Shown: piece by piece, positions 26,441 through 38,665 of the stretch | Position numbering within the stretch: position 1 is the stretch's first letter | How the letters are laid out: every line of letters begins with the position of its first letter | Assembly (NCBI RefSeq): GCF_964355755.1 | Contig: NC_092674.1 | Coordinates: 19,840,001-19,904,000 of the forward strand | Direction of reading: 5' to 3' | DNA from: Antedon mediterranea | Taxonomy: Eukaryota > Animalia > Echinodermata | Length of the DNA stretch: 64,000 nucleotides | The notes under the pieces: model-generated | Told to the model about the DNA's origin: nothing | Database searches by the model: none | Seen by the model: the letters and a program-made list of their open reading frames with translations, nothing else | Made by a program: the position numbers and the translations under genes

Positions 26441-29400
26441 TACGGGGCGCCGTATGGGACAATGCTAATTTTGTCGAAATATTACAATTTTGTCTACACA
26501 TAATTAATTTTGTCAATACAAAATTCATTTTGTCAACACAAAATTCATTTTGTGTTGACAAAATTTATTCTGTGTGGACAAAATTTATTTTGTCTTGACA
26601 AAATTCATTTTGTCTCGACAAAATTAATTCTGTGTAAACAAAATTCATTCTGTGTAGACAAAATTAATTCTGTGTTGACAAAATTAATTCTGTGTAGACA
26701 AAATTCCTTCTGTAACGACAAAATTCATTTTGTGGCGACAAAATTCATTCTGTAACGACAAAATTCATTTTGTGTAGACAAAATTAATTCTGTGTGGACA
26801 AAATTAATTCTGTGTAGACAAAATTAATTCTGTGTGGACAAAATTCATTTTGTGGCGAATGTATTCTGTGTAGACAAAACTTATTCTGTGTAGACAAAAT
26901 TCATTCTGTGTAGACAAAATTCATTCTGTGTAGACAAAATTCATTTTGTTGCAACAAAATTTATTTTGTCGCGACAAAATAAATTTTTTTAGCCGAGCCT
27001 ACTCAAGCGTGGGACAAAACGTTTTAACATTTAAATTAGAAGGCGGGGTTGTTATTGGAAACTCGAAGATTGACAGTTATAGGCCTACGATCAAACAGCT
27101 CGCGAATATCATTTTACGACCTCCTCTACACCGGTGAACTTGAATACTTTGCGTCGAGTATAAGTACAGTTTATACTGACGTATAACAATATTATTGTAT
27201 ACTTAAAATTAATTCCGATTCAGCAAAACGGAACACGTAGCCCTCCGGGGTAGCCCTATATGCCTACCAATTTTGGTAATAAATATTAAAGATGGTTGAA
27301 GATTTATATCGATACCGATAATATTGATAAAGAAAATGACAACACTATTTACGATAACATCTGATAAGTTGAGTAGTAATGAAATGATTTTAGTTTATTA
27401 CATTTATTTTAATATAATAGTTAGTATAGGCCTATTTATTCTCATGGGAATTGCGTCGTCTATAGGCCTACCAAGTTTATTTGATAGGAATACTAAATTG
27501 CTAATAGGCCTAACTCAAGGGAACAAAACTATGATATATCTCTTAAGACATATATTATTGTCTCTAATTGGAATAATAGAGATATCTTTATTGAAAAGAT
27601 ATCTTGGTTATAACATCTATTAAAAACTAAGATATTTTAGTTGCCTAAATAAATGACAGTTTGGTACGCCATAGATTATGATATTGCAAATTGTCGTTAA
27701 AAAGTTAAATTTAATTTCAAATTTACGTTTAACTATTAATTTTACTCTCGGTTGCATATTATTATATATTTACACCCTCGAAAGATATAATTCAACTTCG
27801 ACCAAATAGTTATATGGGTGTTCACACAACTGACATATGGCGCCACTCAAGTATCCATTCCCATGGCAGTGTATATAATCTTTCCACCTTCTCCATGATT
27901 GATTTTATTTATTATACATTGGTAATTGCAAATAATTGTTTATAGGTTTACATTGTTCTTTGTACTTTTAATGTACGTATTCAGTCTTTGCCTGGCTTGA
28001 TAAGATTGATGTTAAATAAAAATGCATTTTCCACTAATAAAATATGGAGTTGTATCGAGAAAGTATTGTAATTTCGGGCAGAATGGTTTTCGGTCTGGAA
28101 AGGTCATTATTACACTGTCTGGGGTGTTGATATTTATACATCGAATGTTCGAATCGAATCGAATAGCCCCATTATTGAAGCTTTACCTGAAGAGGTCCTA
28201 GACAACTTGCGTAATCTTGGAGAAGCCCAGACCCTCAGTCAAACCAGAATGGTTTTCGGTCTGGAAAGGTCATTATTACACTGTCTGGGGTGTTGATATT
28301 TATACATCGAATGTTTTATGGGCAATCAGTCCTGAACCTAGCCAACATAGGCTACCTGGCCTACTTACTACTGTAGGGTAAAGGTTATTAGGTTTCGCAG
28401 GGTGGATGATTGTTATAATAAAACTAACGTGAGCAATCTTTTGTAGTCAGTTCTTTAAATGTTTTTTTTTCAAATAACGGACAGCTTTCAGCATCATTAT
28501 TTCTGCAATGATTATTATTATCTTAAAGCTATATTGTCCCCTGAAAAAAATGTTTTTTTTAAATCTTTTTGTTGAATATGTTATTTTAATGTCACATAAT
28601 AGTTATTCACTTTCACAAAAAATTGAGTCTGAAAAAAAATTATTTACCTGAAAAAACTGTAATTTAAAGCAAACAATTGTCAAATTGTCTGGAAGCCAAT
28701 GAGTTTTTGGGTAATTTAACTGTTTATTTTGTCTTTTTATAGTTGAAATAATTTTTTCCCCGTTCTTTTTTCTTATGGAAGCATAAAACTGCATAATGGC
28801 CTATTCTTTATTTTTCATGATTTTGGGAAACAATACATCTTTAATTTTAAAATAAAGTATATACATTTTATAAGATTAATAAATAATATTTTAAACGACA
28901 AAATATTAAATAGCCCCATTACTACAATTTTACTTAAGTAATAAGCAGGGCTCTAATGAAAACCATTTTCCGATTTTTTAATATAGAATACATTATAATA
29001 ATAATTATTACTGACGACGTAGATATTAAATTGTCAAAGTATTAATACTGATCATATCTGATATTTTCAGGGGTTCCCTGATATTATAAAATAGATTAAT
29101 ATGATAGCAATAGAGACGGAGGCATGCTCAGCCATAATAACTTAACCAATAACAAATGTCAAAGATATAATAGCTTCACCCTGTCTTGCCCTTTTCACGT
29201 TTAAACTCCGCCTTCTAATTTAAATATTAAAACGGAGCCTACTCAAGCGTGGGACAAAACGTTTTTAAAAACATTTTGTCCCACGCTTGAGTAGGCTCGG
29301 CTAACAAAATTTATTTTGTCTCGACAAAATAAATTTTGTTGCAACAAAATTCATTTTGTCTACACAGAATGAATTTTGTCTACACAGAATGAATTTTGTC

Positions 29401-29776
29401 TACACAGAATTAATTTTGTCCACACAGAATGAATTTTGTCGTTACAGAATGAATTTTGTCGCCACAAAATGAATTTTGTCGTTACAGAATGAATTTTGTC
29501 TACACAGAATTAATTTTGTCAACACAGAATTAATTTTGTCTACACAGAATGAATTTTGTTTACACAGAATGAATTTTGTTTACACAGAATTAATTTTGTC
29601 GAGACAAAATGAATTTTGTCCACACAGAATAAATTTTGTCAACAAAAAATGAATTTTGTCAATACAAAATGAATTTTGTGTTGACAAAATGAATTTTGTA
29701 TTGACAAAATGAATTTTGTATTGACAAAATTGTAATATTTCGACAAAATTAGCAATGTCCCAAACGGCGCCCCGTA
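26441..29776. mobile_element. 3.3-kb foldback-type non-autonomous DNA transposon (IS3EU-like termini)
   Basis: Termini TACGGGGCGCCGT...ACGGCGCCCCGTA with 6-bp TSD CATAAA (26435-26440, 29777-29782). The ~600-bp inverted arms are built from a 20-bp unit GACAAAATTCATTYTGTGTA. TAY..RTA termini with a 6-bp TSD match IS3EU (recall). Confidence 0.85.
28527..28840. mobile_element. Kolobok-type MITE nested in the foldback element
   Basis: TTAA|AGCTATATTGTCCCC ... GGGAAACAATACATCT|TTAA. Interior shared with the copies at 30414, 35868 and 61071. Confidence 0.8.
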
Positions 29777-30231
29777 CATAAATGCCTATCAGTGAGATTA
29801 GTTTGAATATCACGAGCTCTAGGCCTAAATGCGCTAGATATATTAGATAAAATTTTGCTACAAACAAGGTCTACGTTAAGTTAGCGTCGTTGTGCAAATA
29901 TGCATATTATATAGGCTGCATGGCTAATGCGGCATTGCACATCTGCAAATGATTTAATAATAAAAATGACATGATTGAAGATGAAATCTGACGGATGGCT
30001 CCCTCCTAACATTAACATGTGGTTTTTATCTAATAGTTGTATATTATTATGTAGGCTGTCAAACCGGTAATTGAATAATGTTACATTATAATATGTGTAG
30101 TTTTGTTGCAAATTTCATTTTTTGACTGTTTTATACGTTTTTAAAGAACAAGTTACGAACTATTGAACTCACAATCATCATTTTATAAGAACAACACGAG
30201 TCACTAGAAATACAACTACTGTAGGCCTATG

Positions 30232-30345
30232 TTTTTAGTCGCGTGGACGCGACTCTATAGTTCACTATGTCGGTCGGTCTGTCTGTCGGTCGGTCCGGTA
30301 TCACTATGCGTTTTAGCACGCGACTTATGGCTGTTGGCCTTGTTT
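30232..30345 (+). mobile_element. Minimal Helentron/DINE-like (HINE) element
   Basis: T-run, inverted pair AGTCGCGT-GG-ACGCGACT, (GTCG/GTCT)n microsatellite, 3' subTIR CACGCGACT, short GC hairpin and CTTGTT end. Confidence 0.75.
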
Positions 30346-30413
30346 TAAAAAGCTGACGATTCAGCGAAATGTCATAAAACTAAAACTATCACCTTATGAA
30401 CAATTTTGTTTAA

Positions 30414-30647
30414 AGATGTATTGTCTCCCCAAAACATGAAAAAAAAATGAAGATTAATAAAATCAGACTTTGGAATAGGAAAAAATGTTTAGGCCTATAA
30501 AAAGACAAAATAAACAATTAAATTCAATAAAAGGCCAATTAAAATTAAATTACAGTTCGATCCAATATTTGGTAAAAGTGAATAACACAATTGAATATTC
30601 AACAGCAAAAATGTTTAAACAATATTTTTCAGGGGGACCATGCATCT
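30414..30647. mobile_element. Kolobok-type MITE
   Basis: TTAA|AGATGTATTGTCTCCCC ... GGGGGACCATGCATCT|TTAA. Confidence 0.8.
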
Positions 30648-31610
30648 TTAAAGGTTTCAAGACAAATACAACATTAATATTTGTTTGTTTTTTTGTGGCA
30701 TACTACCATTTTGTTCAACAATATTAAAAAGTAGGGTTTTTTTTTTATGCTTTTCCACCATCATTAACTTTCACACTTTTTTCAATGGTATGAAACTTTT
30801 GTTGGTGTCTTTTATTTTATTCCTTTGCAATGTTACTCAGTCTCCCTTTCTCAAATGAAGTAGTAAGAAATTGTCCTAAGATCGAATATAAGAAAATTGC
30901 TTTGTCTTTAAAAAACAATTCATTCATTTTTTGCTGAATATTCTTACATTTAGATTTTTTTTTCTGACGTTATCTTCGCATTTTTGTTTGATTTAATTTC
31001 ATTGCGTGTCTCCTTATAAAAAGTGTTTTATAGTAACAAGAAAGTATGTGTATACTTGACGTTTTGTAACAATGACGCTTTGTTATTTCAATACAAGGTT
31101 GTTAGTGTAACTTTGACAAAGCGAAATGGTACAGTGAGTTCACCTTCATACCAGGGTATATAGAATACTTTACCAATTTAGCGGTGATATCTTTTTAGTA
31201 CTGCACAATACATGTCCTATCCTTTACTGATACTTGTCAAATTAACGGTATTGTACACAGTATTGAGATGATTGTGTATTGAATAATACGATGAACAATT
31301 ACGTCATGTGTTTGCAGGTAGCTTTCTGAACATCACGATTACCTGCTGCTGCAGATCGTGACGCGACTAATTTTAAGCTGTTTAAATTTATCAATAATAC
31401 ATCCAGTTGTTGTGTGTACTACATCAGAATTGCTCCTCCTCCTACTCGTCTCTGTGTCCCACATGTTGAGATGCTGAATTCTTTAAGTTACATGGAACAG
31501 AGTGATCGTGCTACTGTGTGCTAAAGACGTATTTAAACATACTGTCTATTCACCCGTCGTCTGATTTATAATATTTATTTATTCTGGACTATTATTATAA
31601 AGTCGACGAT

Positions 31611-34600
31611 ATGACAAACTTACTGATTTTTGCCACTCTGTTTGCCCTATCACGCGTTGATGCGCATGATATGGGAGATAATCCGCACATGCAATCAGAA
31701 TTTGATAAGGATGAAGGAACATATACATACATACTAAAAGTGCCAGTAGATAAGGAAGAGGTAAGTTGTGCATTTCATTTAAAGGTCGGAAAGTAAATCA
31801 AATCATTTGGTTAAATGTTGATATTTGCGTTTGATTTGAGCAGTTCTCACATAATTTTGTCTCAGCCAATAAATCTTTTTGTTGTTACGCACAATATAGC
31901 AGTAACTGATGATTATTAACGTAGGCCTTAATAGCTATCATAGGTAAAAACTTTAGAATTGATCTACACTTTTATTTGAATATATTGACATATATATCGT
32001 GTTATGTATTATACAATAATTCGATAATTGTAGGCATCCTACGACGAGTTGCTTCATTCAGAATTTTAAATACATTAATTATTGGTGCGTTTCTGTGTCA
32101 AATTACATATTCGAAGGCATCGTGTTTTGAAGAAAAAATATTAAACCGACTTTGACATTATTTCAAGCGATTCCAAATAAAAATTACAGTTAGTACACAT
32201 TTGGTTTTTATTATAGGCATAGAGTCTGTAAATTTACGTACCCTTTATTTTGTATTCTTTTTGTACAAATCAGGATTTTTACGTATTTTAAAGTATGAAA
32301 ATGAGCCTGGTACTATGATCCGATTTAAATATTTCCAACTGAGATTTTGATTCTATATAAATATATTGTTTGTATTCTCACTGTGCGTTTTTCAATAAAA
32401 ATTCCAATAGGCCTATATTCCTAAATGTCTTTTTTTTTTATTGAAAATGAAATGAGAATGAAATCAAATTTATATATAGGCTATTAGGATGAACCGGGGA
32501 CTAACATAATAACCTTAGCATGCGAGATATTATATTTTGATGAGCGCATGGTGGGAAAACTTGTAACGATTGGTGATCGAAGACAACTCGGGTCATTAGG
32601 TCAGTGTAAAAACTCGGACGATCAGTGTTCACTAATAAGCATGTTACATGTTCTGTCAACACTGGTCAACAAGCTCCTAATGGAGTCGATTGATTTCAAT
32701 CAAGTATCTTTCTGTCGAGGCGCCTAACATCGGTTAAATCATATTTTTTCACACGTTCAAAAGTGCACTGTACATTTTTGGTGATTTGTTATTTTAGTTT
32801 TCCTGCTAAAAGATGTGAACTACTTTATAAAGAATAGGCCTCTGTTTGAATAATCTGTATTTCTATTCATTTGACTCTTGCTTTTTATTTTTCGCGTACG
32901 TTTAATACAAGAATAAAGGAATCACATTTGTAATGGGGGTACCCCGGTGGGGGGGGGGGGGGGTACACGGTTCAGTGCCACTAAGGTGCATTGGAATAAA
33001 GGAATCACATTTGTAATGGGGGTACACGGTTCAGTGCCACTAAGGTAGGAATCAAATTTGTAATGGGGGTACCCCGGTGGGGGGGGGGGGGTACACGGTT
33101 CAGTGCCACTAAGGTGCATTGGAATAAAGGAATCACATTTGTAATGGGGGTACACGGTTCAGTGCCACTAAGGTAGGAATCACATTTGTAATGGGGGTAC
33201 ACGGTTCAGTGCCACTAAGGTAGGAATCACATTTGTAATGGGGGTACACGGTTCAGTGCCACTAAGGTGCATTGGTATTCGCATGAGCCTAACGGTTTGA
33301 ATGTAAGGAAAACAACAGTCTACTAATTTATAGACAGAATAAATATAGATGTAAAGCTTACGATTTATTTACAACAAAAACACGACTATAAATTATTATT
33401 CTCAAATGAATAAGACTGTTAGACTTGAATGGATACTGGTACAGTTTGCATATACTGTATTATTATACTAATGAATATAATTCTATAGTTAGACTCGGGG
33501 TCGTTCCACTTATAACCTCCATGGTAAATAGAAACCGTACACAATTTAATAACTCTACCATGAGTTAAATAACTATAGTTATAAATGCTTTCGTATAACT
33601 CTCATTTATAGATGAGAAGACCAAATAGAAGCATTCAATAGATAAGTCAAGGAAAGGCCTGTCGATTATTGTTTCATTGTAGGCCTACAGTATTACAAAC
33701 AAGCTTGGAACTCGACTCTCTGTTGTTGTTTGTGAATGAGTGATTTTTTGTTAAGCCGATTGCCGAAGGGAAGATGTGACAAGTTCAATAAACCAAGATG
33801 TCAGTATATCATATTTAAACACAGGTGTTTAAATATTAAAACGGACTTTGAATCTCGGACACAAGTCTGTACGGGATTTACCGATAATTATTAATAATTC
33901 GGTATAATAGCCTGACTACTGGTGCTGCTAATAATTTTAGTAATAATTTATTAAATACCGATATTGATCAACGTTGTATTGTAATGGCTCTGATGACTGT
34001 ACAGACACACAATGTGTCAGCGTTAATCGCTAAAACACCATAACTAATTGGTCTGAATATCTATAATATTATGTAAGCATTGTCATCACATTTATTTTAA
34101 TAATGCTGTTTTGTTTTATTTCTAATTAGATTAGATAATGAATAGATAAAATTAATATAGTAAATTTAATCTCGTGAATTTTATATTTTCGAGAAGTTAT
34201 TCGAAAACGCTAAGTCCACTTACCTGTGAAAAACTGTTGAAACAACCTATACTACAGTATATTCAGATCAGGAAAAGATCCAATATTTTGCTTTTACCTC
34301 TTACCTATGGAAAATTCATCAATAATTTATGCAAAAGATATTGCGTAACAAAAAAAATCGGTATTTTGTTATAGATTAAGATATTTTCTTCCTCAGAAGT
34401 ATATTAAGGTAAATTTAAAAATCATTTATTTTACCACTAATAACATGTGGTAATGTATTGGGACTGGTACTTCTTATTTAAAATCTAAATTTATTTTCGA
34501 TTTATTCTATTCTAGATTACCTGCCAGTGATTTAATTTATTTTGTGCAATTTGTTTCAGTTTCCTCTATTTTCAGAAATTATATAACATTCTAGTTTAAG

Positions 34601-37600
34601 TCTTATTTAATTTAAAGGCCAAAACTCTATGATCGAAATCCTATTTTGTCTTAATGATATATGTATATTTGAGGGGAAAAAAGAAATGCAATAATGACTA
34701 TTAGGCCTATATTGTGTGTGGCACTTTATAGCCTATACATGGAGGTATAAAAATATTTTTATACCTCCATGGCCTATACAAAGATGTGCGTGATAATCAT
34801 ATAAAGATGTGTTTAAGATCCTACTGTGATCGCGGTGTTGGAAACTATTCCTGGGATGATTGGTGTGATGATTGGTCTATGATATCTGTTTTATATTTTT
34901 GGATTATGATATTATATTACTGTATTATATAAAACAGAATTAAATACTGATTTGCATTCAATTTGCTGTATAAAAACTATTTTGGTTTTTTCCAAACAAA
35001 CTTGAGGATAATTAATGAACTGTTTATGAAAGTTGATTTAAATATTAAATATTTCATAATCGTTCGCTGTAAACTGATATCACAATACGGCTATACATAT
35101 CTTATTCGATACAATTACAGAGATTAGAATACATTCTGTATTGCAAAAATAATAGCCCGAACTCCTACTTTTTTACCATAATATACTGTAGGCCTACTGG
35201 GGAATAGACTAAAGGTGTTTAATATACCTCATCACGGATGTAAAATACAGTCAATACTGTTCGATTTTCTAAGTGGTAGAAAATAAACAAACAAAATTCA
35301 AATTGATATTATATCTCCGCCGATTTCCCAATTATAATTGTTTGTTTATTCAAATGTTTAAATCATTACAATAATATATTCCTTGTCGTTTCAGTCAAAG
35401 TGTCAATGCGAAGATGAAATTAAACAGCTACAAGAACAACTGGATGCACTTGAGCTACGCTTCGAAAAGGTTCTCGGTGAGTAAAATCAAACTAAGTCGT
35501 CAACCGTTTGCCTTATTCATAATTTCCGTCGGTTAGAATGGATAGATTTTATAGAACACATAAAAGGTTTATCAAGAAGCATCATACATTATCCATCCTG
35601 TGATTGGCTTATTCGTGCTGTCTCGTCAAGGTTGAAATAAAATAGAAAATAATATAAAATAGGTCAGTTAGAAAATAACAAAGTATCCATATGGGTCGCA
35701 ACCTTATTTATTTATTTAGACTGTACTATTAGGCCTAATAAGTAATAATTATTTCAGGTAAATTGAATTCGGTAACACTTGAGGAAAGTTTGGACCGTGA
35801 TGGTGGTGGTAAGTAGTAGCCAGTTTGTGAACAAAAACATTCTGATTGGTCTATTTGGAAAAGTTAAAGATATATTGTCTCACTGAAAAAATATATATTT
35901 TAAATGTTTTTGTTGAATATGCCATTTTAATGTCACATAAGTCACTTTGACCAAAAATTGGATAAACAAAAATTAAATATCTGACAAAACTGTTTTTGGT
36001 CTGAACCGTTTATTTTATCTTTTTATAAGTGAAAACATTTTATTTTTATTTCTACTAAATATTAAAATTGAGAAATAGTCTATGTTCAAAGTCTTTTTTA
36101 AATTTATCTTCATTTTTCATGTTTTTGGGGACAAAACATCTCAATATCAATCAATAAATATATCAATAATGATATTAGGCTATATTGTCTTCTCAGTGAT
36201 TATTTAGAAGTTGAGAAATCAATTTAATTGAATTCTATCATCCGCTCTCTGATATACCTTACTTATTAATCAATATCTATCAAATTACCGTACCAATATT
36301 TTGCTATGAACTCTCTTAATTTTCTTCCAAAAGACTATAATAATTACGTGTCTTTTGGAAGAAAATAAATGTATTTCGAATTGAACTGAATGTGGTGTCA
36401 TTTTTGCTCAACGTTTAGCATTGGTAATCTGTAGTGTTTTCTTGACCATAATATAACACTCGGCAATTTAAAACAGATTGTCTTGTTGATTTATATTTTG
36501 AGACAAAAAAAAATCATTTGAGTAAGATATATTATTCCAACGCAAGATCAAAGCATGTTAAGATCACCACTTCCTCATGTATCGTTGTTTTCCGTAGGTG
36601 GAAACTTTACTGATGAACTCTCACCATCAGAAAGGGTGATAATAAACGCAGACAAGATCGAAAATAATGATTTGTCTCAAAATGGCAGTCGAGTTGAAGG
36701 TCCTGATAATCTATTCAGTGGATTGGATGCTGATTCAAATAGTACTGGACTTGAAAGTCATCGCGGTATGGTTCGTAGTAGAGGAGATGCACCCGAAAAT
36801 GTTGTGAATATGCTAAATCTCGAAGATCCAAACGATGAAAAGATTGAGCCTCCAGGTTCAATAACTGTGAACGAAAACGATATCAAAGCAAACGGTCAAG
36901 CAGAAGGAAGCGATGAAACCCTGGACAGTGAAGAGGGGTTGACCGTAGAACTGTCTCCAGACAACATCAGGCCAGCTAAAACGGTAGAAGAAAGCGTCGT
37001 AAAGGTGAACGATGATAAGAAACCAGCAGTAGTTATTGATAAACAAGACATAGATGATCCGTGTACTGGTGGATGTGCTTGTTTCAAATACACGTCTGAG
37101 ACGGGTGTGTATGCCATCAAAAAACCTAAAAAGATTAAAAAGAAATCAACTCACATGAAGGTGTACTGCGATATGTCAACCGACAGTGGTGGGTGGACAG
37201 TCATTCAAAGACGATTTGTAAGTTATTTACCTTTTTTATTAATAAAGTTAAATAAAACGTTAAAAATATAAACATATAATTTTAAAAAGTGCAGTATAAT
37301 AAATATGCAAAGGAGAGAAGACTACCAGATAGTGTGGATATCAAGTTTATTTTGAGTGTCAATAGTGAGGAAGAATAAATATAATGAGGAGGATACTAAA
37401 TTACAATTATAAGCTTATCGAAGAAAATGATATTGATGAACATTATTTACTTTATAATAATTGTAATTTGTATGTGTGAGATATTTTGTATTGTAATTCT
37501 TCCCGTATGTGTTGCTATTTTATGTTTTTATACCGAAATAATATGGATCCTAATGGATAATTGTAAAATTTATAGGATGGTACAGAAAATTTCTTCCGCT

Positions 37601-37979
37601 CATGGGCTCATTATGCTAGAGGGTTTGGAAATAAAAATAGCGAATTTTGGATTGGGAATAACTTTATACATGCATTAACAAGTAATGGAAAGTACGAACT
37701 TCGTATAGGTAAGGTTTTGTTTTAGTATCATATTTATACGTGAATTTAAAAATTCAGAAAGAGCTACACTCGTTATATATGCATTATACTTTTTAAATTA
37801 CTCATTTTTAAAAAAAAAAGCACCCAAAATGACTCGAGGATGGTACCGAAAACGAATTAAGGTACTTTTATGTTACCGATTTATTGATTTCAACATGAAG
37901 TACAAAATAAAAATATATGATCAAAAGCCTAAAGCTGGTCTAAACCTCATCTAAACATAGATTTAGGTTTTCTATCTTG

Positions 37980-38011
<32 letters not shown>

Positions 38012-38665
38012 CTTTGTAGTATTCTTTTATTAAAACTTGTTCTTTGTTTTAATAGAATTTGAGGACTGGGAGGGTCAACAAGGTTTTGCCCATTATGACA
38101 GTTTCCGAATCTTGGACGAAGAGAGCAAGTACCGTTTGTTGCTTGGTAAATTTGTTGGCGGCAACAGAGGAGATTCAATGTCCTATCATAATAACACCAT
38201 GTTTACAACTAAGGTAAAGTGAAAGTCATGTACAATTTATTGTCGATTGTTCGATACGAATGTATCTCCAGTGTACAGGAGGAGGTTACCCTAATGATAT
38301 GTTCACAAAATAGCCGTGACGTGTCAAGGGAATTACCATATCTGATAGAACAGTAATTAATTTACTATCAGTAATCCTTTGCAATGTACCTAAGGACATA
38401 AAATAAAATAAAAATACAACAATATACATTACATTTTCAGGATCAGGATAATGACTGGTTCTTTGGTAACTGCGCAGTTCTCAGAAAAAGTGGTTTCTGG
38501 TTCAAGGAATGTAACCATGCTAATCCAAATGGACTATGGATAGGAAAGGGCGATGGATCAGGAAAGAATGGGGCCATCATTACATGGGGTAGTTGGGGAA
38601 CGTACGGATATAAATATTGCATGAGAAGTTTCAAAATGATGGTCAGACCAACACGTTTTAGATAA
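31611..38665 (+). CDS. Secreted fibrinogen-related domain (FReD) protein, angiopoietin-like/techylectin-like, ~455 aa, 6 exons
   Basis: Exons 31611-31760, 35395-35476, 36598-37217, 37576-37708, 38056-38213 and 38441-38665; GT-AG with consistent phases. Signal peptide MTNLLIFATLFALSRVDA, short coiled coil, acidic linker. FReD motifs [72 protein letters not shown]. Confidence 0.9.
32912..33276. repeat. Minisatellite (~46-bp core unit) with inserted poly-G runs, FReD intron 1
   Basis: Six copies of GGAATCACATTTGTAATGGGGGTACACGGTTCAGTGCCACTAAGGT. Two copies carry CCCGGT(G)14-15. Confidence 0.95.
34738..34771. mobile_element. 34-bp perfect palindrome with 7-bp TSD (P-element-like mini-element)
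   Basis: CATGGAGGTATAAAAATATTTTTATACCTCCATG flanked by GCCTATA on both sides (34731-34737, 34772-34778). Confidence 0.7.
35868..36141. mobile_element. Kolobok-type MITE
   Basis: TTAA|AGATATATTGTCTC ... GGGGACAAAACATCT. Interior TTGTTGAATATGCCATTTTAATGTCAC shared with the 28527 and 61071 copies. Confidence 0.8.
37980..38011. repeat. (TTA)n microsatellite in FReD intron 4
   Basis: About 10 ATT units. Confidence 0.9.

Noticed and set aside
26441-29776. 20-bp periodic arrays as a possible CRISPR-like array
   Set aside because: There are no unique spacers. The units are contiguous, form the inverted arms of a TSD-flanked element, and the context is eukaryotic.
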